Below, in pieces: positions 38,888-49,324 of a DNA stretch of 64,000 nucleotides. Numbering within the stretch: position 1 is the first letter of the stretch; every line of letters starts with the position of its first letter. A model generated the notes under the pieces. That model did no database searches, had not been told where the DNA came from, and worked only from the letters and a program-made list of their open reading frames with translations. Source of the DNA: Gemmatimonadota bacterium (lineage in GTDB: Bacteria; Gemmatimonadota; Gemmatimonadetes; Longimicrobiales; Gaopeijiaceae); assembly GCA_039589315.1 (NCBI GenBank), contig JBDHHQ010000053.1, forward strand, positions 25,931-89,930. The letters run 5' to 3'. A program made the translations under genes and the position numbers.

Positions 38888-40165
38888 GTGGCACCTCGCA
38901 TCGGTGCCGTTGGGATGGCCATCGTCGTCACGGCGTCTCTGCTCGGGCCCCGCAGCCCGGTCGAGGCTCAGGACGTGGATACGCTCCGCCTCGCGGATGC
39001 CATCTCGGCGGTCCGAACGACGAACCCCACCCTCCAGGCCGCCCGCTTTCGAGCGGACGCGGCGGTGGAACGGGTGCGCCCGGCAGGCGCCCTGCCTGAC
39101 CCGGTTCTTTCGCTCGGGCTCATGAACCGGCCGGTGGACGACCTCGGGCGCACGGACGTTCAGATGACCATGAACGTCATCCAGCTGAGCCAGACGCTAC
39201 CGTGGCCCGGAGCGCTGGGATTCGAAGAGGAGCGCTTCGCGCACCTCGCCACCGCCGAGTCTCTGGAGGCCGAGGAGCTGGACGCTGCGCTGGTGGCACG
39301 GGTCACGTCGGTCTACGCGAGGCTCGCCTACCTGGACCGGGCGATCTCAATCATGGAGACCACCCGGGATCTTTTGCGAGACTTCCGCCAGGTCAGCGAG
39401 GCACGCTACGCCGTGGGCGAGGGAATCCAGCAGGACATCCTTCAGGCCCAGGTGTCCGTGGCACGCATGACAGCCGACATCACCGTGGCTGCTCAGGAGC
39501 GCGTCGCGGCGGCGGCCCGGCTGAATGGGCTGATGGGGCGCCCGGCCACGCTGTCCGTTCCGGCCGTAGAGCTGCGCACCCCGGGACCCGAGCTCCCCGA
39601 CGTCGATGGCCTCATGGAGGAGGCTTCTCGGAACCGACCCGCCTTCGGCGCTGCGAGAGAAAGAGCGCTGGCAGCCGAGGCCGCGTACCGACAGGCCAGC
39701 CGCGATGCCTATCCCGACTTCATGGTCACGCTGGGCTACGGCCAACGCCCCGATTTCGTCGACCTCGCCACCCTCATGGTCGGCGTGAGCTTGCCGGTCT
39801 TCGCCGGGGCCAAACAGAACCGCCGCAAGGACGAGCGCCGGGCCATCCAGTCGATGGAAGAAGCCAGAGAGCTGGACCTCTACAACGAGACCTTTGCGCG
39901 GCTGGCGGAGCTCAGGGCCCAGGCCGAGCGGGCCAGAAGCCTCTCGGAGCTCTACCGGACGTCCATCCTGCCCCAGGCACGGTCTTCCGTGGAAGCGGCC
40001 CTAACCGCCTACCAGGTAGGAAACGTCGACTACATGACCCTCCTCACCAACCAAATGACCGTGAACCAGTTCGAGATCGAGCGCGTGCGCCTGGCGGCCG
40101 AGTATCAGCAGGCCGTGGCCGGGATCACCGCGCTCACCGGCTCGAACGGGAGCGAAACACCATGA
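38888..40165 (+). CDS. TolC/CusC-family outer-membrane efflux protein
   Basis: Signal peptide; ALPDPVL, SQTLPWPG, YPDF, YQVGNVDY; first gene of the RND triad. Confidence 0.88.
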   Translation: MAPRIGAVGMAIVVTASLLGPRSPVEAQDVDTLRLADAISAVRTTNPTLQAARFRADAAVERVRPAGALPDPVLSLGLMNRPVDDLGRTDVQMTMNVIQLSQTLPWPGALGFEEERFAHLATAESLEAEELDAALVARVTSVYARLAYLDRAISIMETTRDLLRDFRQVSEARYAVGEGIQQDILQAQVSVARMTADITVAAQERVAAAARLNGLMGRPATLSVPAVELRTPGPELPDVDGLMEEASRNRPAFGAARERALAAEAAYRQASRDAYPDFMVTLGYGQRPDFVDLATLMVGVSLPVFAGAKQNRRKDERRAIQSMEEARELDLYNETFARLAELRAQAERARSLSELYRTSILPQARSSVEAALTAYQVGNVDYMTLLTNQMTVNQFEIERVRLAAEYQQAVAGITALTGSNGSETP

Positions 40166-41537
40166 AGGCGTGGATCATGAACCGGATGTCGACCCGAACC
40201 GTCACGGTCGCAGCGACCCTCGGCCTCGGCCTGAGCGCTTGTGGTCCCGGGACCGGCGAGGCCGAGCCGGACATGGCGGCCACAGATGAAGCCGTGGTCA
40301 CGGAGGACCACAGCCTCCACGGTATCGGGGGGCCCACCACCCGACAGGCGGTTCATCTCACCGCCGCCCAGGAACGGGCCCTGGGCGTCCGATACGCCAC
40401 CGTCAGCACCATGGACCTGGAGCGGACGATCCGCACCGTGGGTCGGATCGAGGCCAGCGAGGACCGTATCGCCGACGTTACGCCGAAGGTGGACGGCTTT
40501 GTCGAGGAGCTCTTCGTCAGCACGACCGGCGAGGCCGTCCGGGCCGGAGCGCCGCTGCTGACGCTGTACAGCCCCGACCTGGTGGCCGCGCAGGAGGAGC
40601 TGCTGACCGCGATGCGCCTCGCAGACCGAGTGGATCCGTCGGCGGAGGAGGCGTATGAGGGCGCCCAGGCCATGCTCGACGCCGCGGAGCGCCGATTGAG
40701 CTTCTGGGACATCACCCGGGAGCAGGTGGATCGTCTGAAGGAAACCAGACGCGTGACTCGTACGTTGACCCTCGTTTCGCCCGTCAGCGGCATCGTGCTC
40801 GAGAAGCCGGTGAACCGGGGTCAGCGGGTGAATCCAGGGCAGCTCCTGTACAGGGTCGCCGACCTGTCCGAGGTATGGGTCGAGGGCGACCTCTTCGAGC
40901 AAGACCTGCAGCTCATTCGGGAGGGATCCCAGGCCCACATCGAGGTCTCGGCCTACCCGGGCGAGCACCGCATGGGCCGGGTGAGCTTCGTCTATCCGAC
41001 GGTCGACGTGGGCAGCCGGACCAACCGGGTGCGCGTCACGCTGCCCAATCCCGGCCTGGCGCTCAAGCCGGGGATGTTCGCGACCATCTTCTTCGACACC
41101 CGAATCGGCGAGGGAGTCCCGATGGCATGCTCCAGCCACGCGAGGTCGTGCTGGGGGCGCAGGCCAGCGACTACGTACAGATCCTCGCGGGCCTGGACCT
41201 GGGCGAGACCATCGTGCAGTCGGCCAATTTCCTGGTGGACGCGGAGTCCCGTCTGGGCAGCACGGGGGGCAGCATGCCCGGCATGCAGCACGGGTCGGCG
41301 ATCGAGCCGCCGGGGCTGGCCCCGGCACAGGATGCCGGCGGCCACGAGGGGCACGTGACGGAACCGGACACCTCCGGATCCGAGCACGAAGGGCACGACG
41401 TGCCTGAGGCACCTAGCCAGGACGAGCAGGACGGGCATGACATGCCGCCGGGAAAGCACGGAGGGCATGACATGCCGGATGACATCACCCGGACGGACGA
41501 ACACGCAGGACACGGTAACCGGGAGGCGGCTCGATGA
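40162..41537 (+). pseudogene. cusB: CusB-like RND periplasmic adaptor, frameshifted near 41120
   Basis: YSPDLVAAQEE, ADLSEVWV, LKPGMFA in one frame; DGMLQPREV...SANFLVDAESRL and a His/Met tail in another; the expected VP..AV..G...VFV segment is absent. Confidence 0.8.
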
Positions 41538-44500
41538 TCGAGCGCGTCATCGACTGGTCCCTCAGGAACCCGGTCCTGGTGATGCTGGGGACCGTGGCGC
41601 TGCTTCTCGGCGGCGTGTGGGCCATGCGGACCACGCCGTTGGACGCCATCCCCGACCTCTCGGACGTCCAGGTGATCATCCAGACCGACTTCCGGGAGCA
41701 GGCTCCGCAGATCGTCGAGGACCAGGTTACCTACCCGATCACGACGGAGATGCTGAAGGTGCCGGGGGCACAGGTCGTGAGGGGCTTCAGCTTCTTTGGA
41801 CTTTCGCTGGTCTACGTGATCTTCGAAGACGGCACGGACATCTACTGGGCTCGCTCCCGCGTGCTGGAGTACATCAACGGCATCCGGCCGCACCTTCCAC
41901 CAGGGGTGGAACCCACGCTAGGCCCCGACGCCACCGGTGTCGGCTGGGTCTTCCAGTACGTCCTCGAGTCGGACAGCCTCGACCTGGCCGAGCTCCGGAC
42001 GCTTCAAGACTGGTACCTGCGCTATCAGCTCACGGCCGTGCCGGGAGTCTCCGAAGTGGCCAGCCTGGGGGGCTTCGAGAAACAGTACCAGGTCGAGGTG
42101 AACCCCGAACGGCTTCGGGCCTTCGACATTCCCGTCACGCGAGTCGTCGAGGCCATCGGCACCCACAACGTCGATATCGGCGCTCGGGTGCTGGAGATGG
42201 GTGGGCGGGAGTACATGATCCGCGGCCTGGGATACCTGGGCGACTTGGAGGACATCCGGAACGTGGCAGTGGCGTCCACGCCGGGGGGCACGCCGATCCG
42301 CGTTGCGGACGTGGCCACGGTGTCGGTGGGACCCGCTCCACGACGGGGCGCCGCCGATCTGAACGGGCAGGGCGAGGTGGTGGCGGGAATCGTGGTCATG
42401 CGCTTCGGATCCGATGCCTACAGCACCATCCAGGCCGTGAAGGAGCGCATTGCGCAGATCCAGGAGGGGCTACCACCCGGCGTTCGACTGCGTACCGCGT
42501 ACGACCGGAGCGACCTGATCGAGAGAGCCATCGACACCCTTCGAGAGAAGCTGATCGAGGAGTCCCTGATCGTGGCCCTCGTCATCGCCATCTTCCTGCT
42601 CCACTTCCGCTCGTCGCTGGTGGTCATCGTCACACTGCCTCTGGGAATCCTGGCGTCCTTCCTGGCCATGCGCGCCATCGGCGTGGGTGCCAACATCATG
42701 AGCCTCGGGGGCATCGCCATCGCCATCGGCGCCATGGTGGACGCGGCCATCGTCATGGTCGAGAACATGCACAAGCACCTGGAGCGAGCCGACGAGGGGA
42801 CGTCCCGGTGGGACATCGCGCGCCGGAGCGCGAAGCAGGTGGGCCCGCCGCTCTTCTTCTCCCTCTTGATCATCACCTTCAGCTTCCTCCCGGTCTTCGC
42901 CCTCGAGGCGCAGGAGGGCCGGCTCTTCAAGCCGTTGGCGTACACGAAGACGTTCGCCATGGCGGGCTCTGCGCTGCTCTCGATCACCCTGGTGCCCGTG
43001 CTCATGGTGTACCTGGTCCGTGGGCGCATCCGGCCCGAGAACCGGAACCCGACGAACCGGGCCCTCCGGTGGCTCTACCGACCCGTCATCCGCCTGGCCA
43101 CGCGGTTTCCCTGGGCCGTGGTTGTGGTGGCGGTGGTCGTTCTGGTGGCGACCGTGATCCCCTGGCGGCGGCTTGGGAGCGAGTTCATGCCACCGCTCCA
43201 GGAAGGCTCGATCCTGTTCATGCCCACCACTGTCCCTGGTGTGTCCATCGCCCAGGCCCGGGAGATCATGCAGTACCAGGACTCGGTCCTGTTCTCCTTC
43301 CCGGAGGTGGAGTCGGTCCTCGGGAAGACCGGCCGCGCTAGCACGGCCACTGATCCGGCCCCCCTCGACATGTTCGAGACCACCATCATCCTCAGGCCGG
43401 AGGAGGACTGGCGGCCTGGGATGACCTACGAAGCTCTGCTCGCCGAGCTCGACGGGGCCGTGCAGCTTCCCGGCGTCACCAACGCCTGGACCATGCCGAT
43501 CAAGGGCCGCATCGACATGCTGGCGACGGGCGTGAGAACCCCGGTCGGCGTGAAGATCTTCGGACCCGACCTGAACATGTTGCAGACGCTGGGCGAGGAG
43601 GTCGAGGGAATCCTCCAGGAGGTCCCCGGCACCCGGAGCGCCTTCGCAGAGCGAGGGGTGTCCGGCTTCTACGTAGACATCGACATCGACCGGCCCGAGG
43701 CGGCCCGGTACGGCATGAACGTGGGCGATATCCATAATGCCATCATGGCCACGGTGGGGGGCGTGAACGCTGCGATCACCGTGGAGGGGCGGGAGCGCTA
43801 CAGCGTGAACGTTCGCTACCCGAGAGAGCTCAGAGACGACGTCCAGAAGATACGGGACGTGCTGGTCTCGGCCCCGGGAGGCGCTCAGATCCCTCTGGGG
43901 CAGGTGGCTCGGGTCGAGGTGCTCCAGGGACCCATGGCGGTGAAGACGGAAGGGGCGTTTCCAGTAACCACCGTGTTCGTGGACATCGAGGGGGGAGACC
44001 TGGGTGGGTACGTCGACCGTGCGCGCCAGGCGGTGGCGGCCCAGCTCGAGCTACCCGCCGGCTACAGCCTGACCTGGTCGGGCCAGTATGAGTTCATGCA
44101 GCGGGTCCAGCGAAAGATGCGTGTCGTCATTCCCGTGACGCTCGGGATCATCTTCCTGCTGCTCTACCTCAACTTCGGAGCCGTCGGCGAATCACTGATC
44201 GTGATGCTCACCTTCCCCTTCGCTCTCGTAGGCGGCATCTGGTTCATCTGGTTGTTGGGTTACAACACGAGCGTCGCCGTCTGGGTGGGCTTCATCGCCC
44301 TGGCGGGGGTCGCAGCCGAAACCGGCGTGATAATGCTCATCTACCTGGACGAAGCCTGCCATCAGCGACGGGAGTCGGGCCGCATGAGCGAGGCCGCGGA
44401 TGTCGTGGAAGCCGTGACGGAGGGCGCCCTCGATCGGCTCCGGCCCATTGCCATGACGGTCTTGACCATCATGGTCGGTCTCACACCCATCCTGCGGAGC

Positions 44501-44698
44501 CAGGGGACCGGTGCAGACGTGATGAAGCGTATCGCCGCCCCGATGGTCGGAGGCATGGTCAGCGCCACCATACTCACGTTGGTAGTGATCCCCAGTGTCT
44601 ACCTGATCTGGAAGCGGTGGGAGGTGAAGCGGGTGTCTCGGCCGGTACCCATCGAGGACCTCGCTCCACCGGAGCCCGAGCCGGCCCATGCAAGCTGA
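41534..44698 (+). CDS. cusA: CusA/CzcA heavy-metal RND permease
   Basis: [64 protein letters not shown]. Confidence 0.95.
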   Translation: MIERVIDWSLRNPVLVMLGTVALLLGGVWAMRTTPLDAIPDLSDVQVIIQTDFREQAPQIVEDQVTYPITTEMLKVPGAQVVRGFSFFGLSLVYVIFEDGTDIYWARSRVLEYINGIRPHLPPGVEPTLGPDATGVGWVFQYVLESDSLDLAELRTLQDWYLRYQLTAVPGVSEVASLGGFEKQYQVEVNPERLRAFDIPVTRVVEAIGTHNVDIGARVLEMGGREYMIRGLGYLGDLEDIRNVAVASTPGGTPIRVADVATVSVGPAPRRGAADLNGQGEVVAGIVVMRFGSDAYSTIQAVKERIAQIQEGLPPGVRLRTAYDRSDLIERAIDTLREKLIEESLIVALVIAIFLLHFRSSLVVIVTLPLGILASFLAMRAIGVGANIMSLGGIAIAIGAMVDAAIVMVENMHKHLERADEGTSRWDIARRSAKQVGPPLFFSLLIITFSFLPVFALEAQEGRLFKPLAYTKTFAMAGSALLSITLVPVLMVYLVRGRIRPENRNPTNRALRWLYRPVIRLATRFPWAVVVVAVVVLVATVIPWRRLGSEFMPPLQEGSILFMPTTVPGVSIAQAREIMQYQDSVLFSFPEVESVLGKTGRASTATDPAPLDMFETTIILRPEEDWRPGMTYEALLAELDGAVQLPGVTNAWTMPIKGRIDMLATGVRTPVGVKIFGPDLNMLQTLGEEVEGILQEVPGTRSAFAERGVSGFYVDIDIDRPEAARYGMNVGDIHNAIMATVGGVNAAITVEGRERYSVNVRYPRELRDDVQKIRDVLVSAPGGAQIPLGQVARVEVLQGPMAVKTEGAFPVTTVFVDIEGGDLGGYVDRARQAVAAQLELPAGYSLTWSGQYEFMQRVQRKMRVVIPVTLGIIFLLLYLNFGAVGESLIVMLTFPFALVGGIWFIWLLGYNTSVAVWVGFIALAGVAAETGVIMLIYLDEACHQRRESGRMSEAADVVEAVTEGALDRLRPIAMTVLTIMVGLTPILRSQGTGADVMKRIAAPMVGGMVSATILTLVVIPSVYLIWKRWEVKRVSRPVPIEDLAPPEPEPAHAS

Positions 44699-46901
44699 CG
44701 GCGACCCACGACACGACGAACCACCCCGGACCCATAAGGGTTCGGGCGGTGACGAGCCGCACCACCACCCCCGAGGTGACGAGGCTGTCGCCCAGCCACG
44801 AGCCGGATCGGAGGCGGGCCACGCCGGGCGCGACCACCACGGTCATGGGCGCGACGCCCACGAGCGACACGGTAACGGCCACGGCGACCACGGGCGTGAG
44901 CGTCACGACCCTGACGAGGCACACGACCATGGACACGACCACCACGCGCACATGGTGGCCGACTTCCGACGTCGCTTCTGGGTCTCGCTGGCGCTGACCG
45001 TTCCCATCCTGCTCCTGGCCCCCCTGATCCAGGGGTGGCTCGGGCTTGCGGAGGTATTGGCCTTCCCCGGGGATCGTTGGGTTCAGTGGATCCTGGCCAC
45101 GGCCGTCTTTGTGTACGGGGGGTGGCCCTTCCTCACCGGCCTCGTGAACGAGGTCCGAAGCCGACGCCCCGGCATGATGACGCTCATCGGCCTGGCCATC
45201 ACGGTCGCCTATGTCTACTCGAGCGCCGTGGCCTTCGGGCTGGACGGGAAGACGTTCTTCTGGGAGCTCGCCACCCTGATCGACGTGATGCTCCTTGGCC
45301 ACTGGATCGAGATGCGCTCGGTGATGGGGGCATCCCGTGCGTTGGAAGAGCTGGTGCGACTCATGCCCACCGACGCACATCGGGTCGAGGCCGACGGCTC
45401 GGTTGCGGATGTTCCGGTGGCCGCCCTCGAGCCTGGCGACCGGGTCCTGGTCCTTCCAGGCGAGAAGTTCCCCGTCGACGGCGTGGTGCGGGAGGGGACG
45501 AGCTCGGTGAACGAGGCGCTGCTCACTGGCGAGAGCGCGCCCGTGGAGAAGTCGGGAGGTGCAGAGGTGATCGGCGCGTCCGTGAACGGTGAGGCTGCCC
45601 TCACGATCGAAGTCCTGAAGACGGGCGCCGACACCTACCTGTCCCAGGTGGTCGCGATGGTGCGCGAGGCACAGGAGTCCAGGTCCCGGACCCAGGACCT
45701 GGCGAACCGTGCGGCGTTATGGCTCACGATCATCGCGCTCACGGCCGGCACGTTGACGTTCGTGGCGTGGCTGGTGGCAGGGCAGCCTCTGGTGTTTGCG
45801 GTCGAGCGGATGGTGACGGTCATGGTGATCACCTGTCCCCACGCGCTCGGGCTCGCGGTGCCCCTCGTGGTGGCTGTCTCCACGTCCATTTCCGCCCGGG
45901 AGGGGCTGCTGATCCGGGACCGGTCGGCGTTCGAGCGAGCTCGGCAGCTGGACGCGGTCGTCTTCGACAAGACCGGTACGTTGACCGAGGGTCGCTTCGG
46001 CGTCACCGACCTCGTCGTCTTCGGCGACCGGAGCGAGCTCGACGTCCTGCGCCTGGCGGCCTCGGTGGAGAGCCATTCCGAGCACCCGATCGCCGCGGGC
46101 GTCGTGCGCGCCGCCGACGACCGGGACATCGACGTGCCCAAGCCTGTGGGGGCCAGGGCCGTGCCGGGAAGAGGCGCCGAGGGCACCGTGGACGGCCTCG
46201 AGGTGGCCGTCGTCAGCCCCGCGTACCTGCGGGAGGCGAGCTTGACCATGGACGACCCGAGAGTCGACGCGCTCGCCGCCCAGGGTAAGACGGTCGTCTT
46301 CGTGGTCGTGGATGGACGCGTCGAAGCGGCTCTCGCGCTGGCCGACGTGGTCCGGCCCGAGTCCCGTGAGGCGGTACAGGCCCTACACGACATGGGCATC
46401 CGTGTGCTCATGCTCACCGGAGACGCCCGCGCCGTTGCGGAGTCGGTGTCCGGTGAGGTGGGACTCGACCGGGTGTTCGCCGAGGTGCTCCCTCACGAGA
46501 AAGCGGACACCATCCGCTCGATCCGGTCCGAAGGGCTACGCGTCGCGATGACCGGCGACGGTGTCAACGATGCGCCGGCCCTCGTCGAGGCCGACGTGGG
46601 CATCGCCATCGGGGCGGGAACGGACGTCGCGATCGAGTCCGCGGACATCGTACTCGTGCGCTCCGACCCACGGGACGTGCCGTCCCTGATCGAGCTGGCC
46701 CGAGCCACCTACCGGAAGATGATCCAGAACCTCTGGTGGGCGACGGGCTACAACGTTGTTGCGATCCCCCTTGCTGCGGGGCTTCTCTACGGCCGCGGCT
46801 TCGTGCTCTCGCCGGCCGCGGGCGCGGCCCTCATGTCGCTCTCGACCGTGATCGTCGCCATCAACGCTCGACTACTCCGTGGGCCGGGTCGGGCTCGCTA
46901 G
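44688..46901 (+). CDS. copB: Copper-exporting P1B-type ATPase with a His-rich N-terminus
   Basis: His-rich leader, [29 protein letters not shown]. Confidence 0.92.
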   Translation: MQADGDPRHDEPPRTHKGSGGDEPHHHPRGDEAVAQPRAGSEAGHAGRDHHGHGRDAHERHGNGHGDHGRERHDPDEAHDHGHDHHAHMVADFRRRFWVSLALTVPILLLAPLIQGWLGLAEVLAFPGDRWVQWILATAVFVYGGWPFLTGLVNEVRSRRPGMMTLIGLAITVAYVYSSAVAFGLDGKTFFWELATLIDVMLLGHWIEMRSVMGASRALEELVRLMPTDAHRVEADGSVADVPVAALEPGDRVLVLPGEKFPVDGVVREGTSSVNEALLTGESAPVEKSGGAEVIGASVNGEAALTIEVLKTGADTYLSQVVAMVREAQESRSRTQDLANRAALWLTIIALTAGTLTFVAWLVAGQPLVFAVERMVTVMVITCPHALGLAVPLVVAVSTSISAREGLLIRDRSAFERARQLDAVVFDKTGTLTEGRFGVTDLVVFGDRSELDVLRLAASVESHSEHPIAAGVVRAADDRDIDVPKPVGARAVPGRGAEGTVDGLEVAVVSPAYLREASLTMDDPRVDALAAQGKTVVFVVVDGRVEAALALADVVRPESREAVQALHDMGIRVLMLTGDARAVAESVSGEVGLDRVFAEVLPHEKADTIRSIRSEGLRVAMTGDGVNDAPALVEADVGIAIGAGTDVAIESADIVLVRSDPRDVPSLIELARATYRKMIQNLWWATGYNVVAIPLAAGLLYGRGFVLSPAAGAALMSLSTVIVAINARLLRGPGRAR

Positions 46902-46937
46902 CCCAAAGCCGACTTTCGAACCAGAAAGGTCAACGCC

Positions 46938-47435
46938 ATGAGGACGCCATTGAACACCCTTCCCCCGTTCGGCAACCTGCTTCTGCTCCTGGCCTGCTTG
47001 CCGTCACCGGCCATGGCGCAGGAACACGAGCATGCAGAGCACACTGGCCCGGCCCATCCCGAATCCGCCGCCATCGTCGAAGTGATCGAGGCCTATCACG
47101 CAGCTCTCGCCGCGGGTAACGGGGACGCCGCCTTGGCCCTCCTCACCGACGACGCCATCATCCTCGAGAGCGGCGGCGTAGAGACCAAGGCCCAATACGC
47201 CGATCACCATCTGCCGGGTGACATGGCCTTCGCACAGGCCGTGCCCCGGGCCCGGGGCGACATCTACGTGACCGGGCACGGCGAGGTGGCATGGGCGTGG
47301 TCGACCAGCGAGACGAAGGGCACGTACCGTGAACGGGAGATCGACTCCGTCGGCGCCGAGCTCATGGTGCTCGTCCGGACCAGCGAGGGTTGGAGGATCT
47401 CGGCGATCCACTGGTCCTCGAGACGTAGGGGCTAG
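46938..47435 (+). CDS. Secreted NTF2/SnoaL-like (DUF4440) protein with a His-rich N-terminus
   Basis: Signal peptide AMA-QEHEHAEH; YADHHLPGD; GWRISAIHWSS. Confidence 0.75.
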   Translation: MRTPLNTLPPFGNLLLLLACLPSPAMAQEHEHAEHTGPAHPESAAIVEVIEAYHAALAAGNGDAALALLTDDAIILESGGVETKAQYADHHLPGDMAFAQAVPRARGDIYVTGHGEVAWAWSTSETKGTYREREIDSVGAELMVLVRTSEGWRISAIHWSSRRRG

Positions 47436-47549
47436 ACAGCCCCGCGAGTGTGGAACGAGGGCGCCGACTCTCCGGCGCTCTCGTGGCGGGACCCCTCGCT
47501 GTTCTGCAAACCGAGTGCGGAGCCGAGCCACAGCTCCGCTTCCATCCCG

Positions 47550-47963
47550 CTACCGGATCGACGGCGGCGCGGCTGCTTGCTCGTTCAGGTACCGGCGCAG
47601 GCTGGCGAGCAGCGGAGCGGGAAGCACTTCGCCGCCCCTGATCCCGGTGCTCGACCGGGCGCTCCCGGTGTTGTTGCCCTCGCGCTTGCCTTCCTTCTCG
47701 ACGGCAGGCTCTTGCGGTGGCGATGCCGGTGGCCCGTCGCCGATCCCGTTCGTGGCCTGCAAGAAGGACCGCACGGCATTCGCCTCGCTCTTGGTCAGGT
47801 TCCCCCGGGCCCGCATGTGAAGCACGATGGTGGTCCAATCCCGGTTGTATGCCAGCTTGAGGGGTGAGGTCGGGCCCATCCAGTACGCGAGCCCCAGGGC
47901 GAGCACGTCGCGCCCCTGGCTTACGACCTCGGAGCTCACTTCCCCGTCCAGCAGCTGGTCCCG
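47550..47963 (-). pseudogene. Chimeric remnant: porin-like C-terminal strands fused to a cytochrome c-like C-terminus
   Basis: [22 protein letters not shown] joined to RDWTTIVLHMRARGNLTKSEANAVRSFLQ; no CxxCH and no convincing start. Confidence 0.4.
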
Positions 47964-48544
47964 GTAGACGTCCAGGTGGTCGCCGCAACCAACCGGGACC
48001 TGGAGGCTGCCGTCGGAGAGGGAAGCTTCCGCGAGGATCTGTTCTACCGTCTCAACGTGATACCCATAGAGCTGCCGCCCCTTCGGGAGAGGCGAGAGGA
48101 CATCGGCCCTCTGGCCGTCTACTTTCTGGACGGCCTCTGCCAGGAGATGAGCCTGCCCCGCGGCACTTCGACGGAGAGGCCCTCCGAGCCCTCGAAGCCT
48201 ACGATTGGCCAGGTAACGCCCGGGAGCTTCGCAATCTCGTCGAACGCATCCTCTTCCTGACCGACGAAGAGACCGTCGGCCCGGACCTGCTGCCATCGGA
48301 GATCGCAGGACGTGCGGCGCCGACGGGAGAATCCCTGGTCCTTCCCACGTCTGGGCTGGATCTGGAAGCGGTGGAGAAGTCCCTGATCTTGCAGGCCCTC
48401 GAGCGGGCTGCGGGGAACAAGAGCCAAGCCGCGCGCCTCCTCGGCGTCTCACGAGACACGTTGCGCTACCGACTGGAGAAGCACGGGCTCGGAGACACAC
48501 CCAGGAATGATGCTGAACTTGGCGGTGGTCCAGCACCCGGATAG
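47964..48544 (+). pseudogene. 3' half of an NtrC-family sigma54 activator, 5'-truncated and frameshifted near 48157
   Basis: [35 protein letters not shown], then in another frame [12 protein letters not shown] and the Fis HTH GNKSQAARLLGVSRDTLRYRL; no Walker A or GAFTGA. Confidence 0.85.
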
Positions 48545-48599
48545 CCTCGGCCTCTCCGACATGGTGGGTCTCCTGGAGCGTCGTTCCTCTCGGAAGCAG

Positions 48600-48974
48600 C
48601 GCGCTCTGCTCGAAGGGCAGGCTGACTCGGATGCCGACGGACCGAGTCCGGTCTTCGGGGTCGGCCGCCGCCGCCCCTTCGTTGGCTGCCTCCATCAGTC
48701 CCGGTCCGCCCCCCTTGATGATGTCACAACCCATTTCGGTCAGCGCGGCGGCCAGGCGCTTCGTCTCGTCGTACACCCACGTGCCCGGCGTCGAACGGGC
48801 CGAGCCGAAGACCGTGACCCGGTAGCGCTCATGAGAGGTGGGGCGGAGGCGAGTGAGGGTGTTGACGGCCTCCCAGAGCCTGAAGAGCGTCTCGCCCAGG
48901 AGGGTCTTGACGTTCTCCTCATCCGCGAGGCTGACGATGTCCTATGCCGAGGCCAATGGCCGTTCATCGGTCAT
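48600..48974 (-). pseudogene. LOG-family (TIGR00730-like) gene remnant
   Basis: ATG 48974, in-frame TAG at 48942-48944, then RVTVFGSAR, GGGPGLMEAANEG, SVGIRVSLPFEQ; similarity ends before PGGxGT. Confidence 0.8.
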
Positions 48975-49324
48975 GTCTGGCTTCCGTGAGTGGGTTTCTG
49001 GATCGGTTCGCGTGAGTCGAGATCGGCGTCGCACTCGCTTACGAAGCGAGCCGATGGGAAGCTGCCTGCCCGAGTCGGTCCGCGAGCCCAGGCGGAGGGT
49101 GGAGGTTTGGCGGGGGAAATAACAGAGGGACGGCGCCGGAACAATCGCGAGGGTGGCACGGCATGCTCAGAGACGGAGGTCCTGAGGCGCACCGGTTCCC
49201 ATCGGCTGGAACCGATTCGCGCCGTTGCGTGCTTGGCTTGGGTGTCTGCGCCCTTTATCGTTGAAATACCCCGGGCCCCCACACCGACCCACGACCACCT
49301 CCGCCCCCGGCGAGAGCGGTGTAG

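Noticed and set aside
44700..44950. CAC/GAC-rich repetitive DNA as a repeat array or CRISPR
   Set aside because: It is the coding sequence of the His-rich CopB N-terminus; no constant repeat-spacer structure.
47550..48776. 408-aa ORF read as a novel LOG-cytochrome fusion
   Set aside because: Its middle is the antisense of the NtrC fragment; it is an accidental read-through across remnants.
48942..48944. In-frame TAG as pyrrolysine or recoding
   Set aside because: It lies in a non-conserved N-terminus of a gene that is also truncated, and many intact genes here end in TAG.
49154..49168. TGGCACGGCATGC as a sigma54 promoter
   Set aside because: GG-to-GC spacing is 8 nt rather than the required 10.
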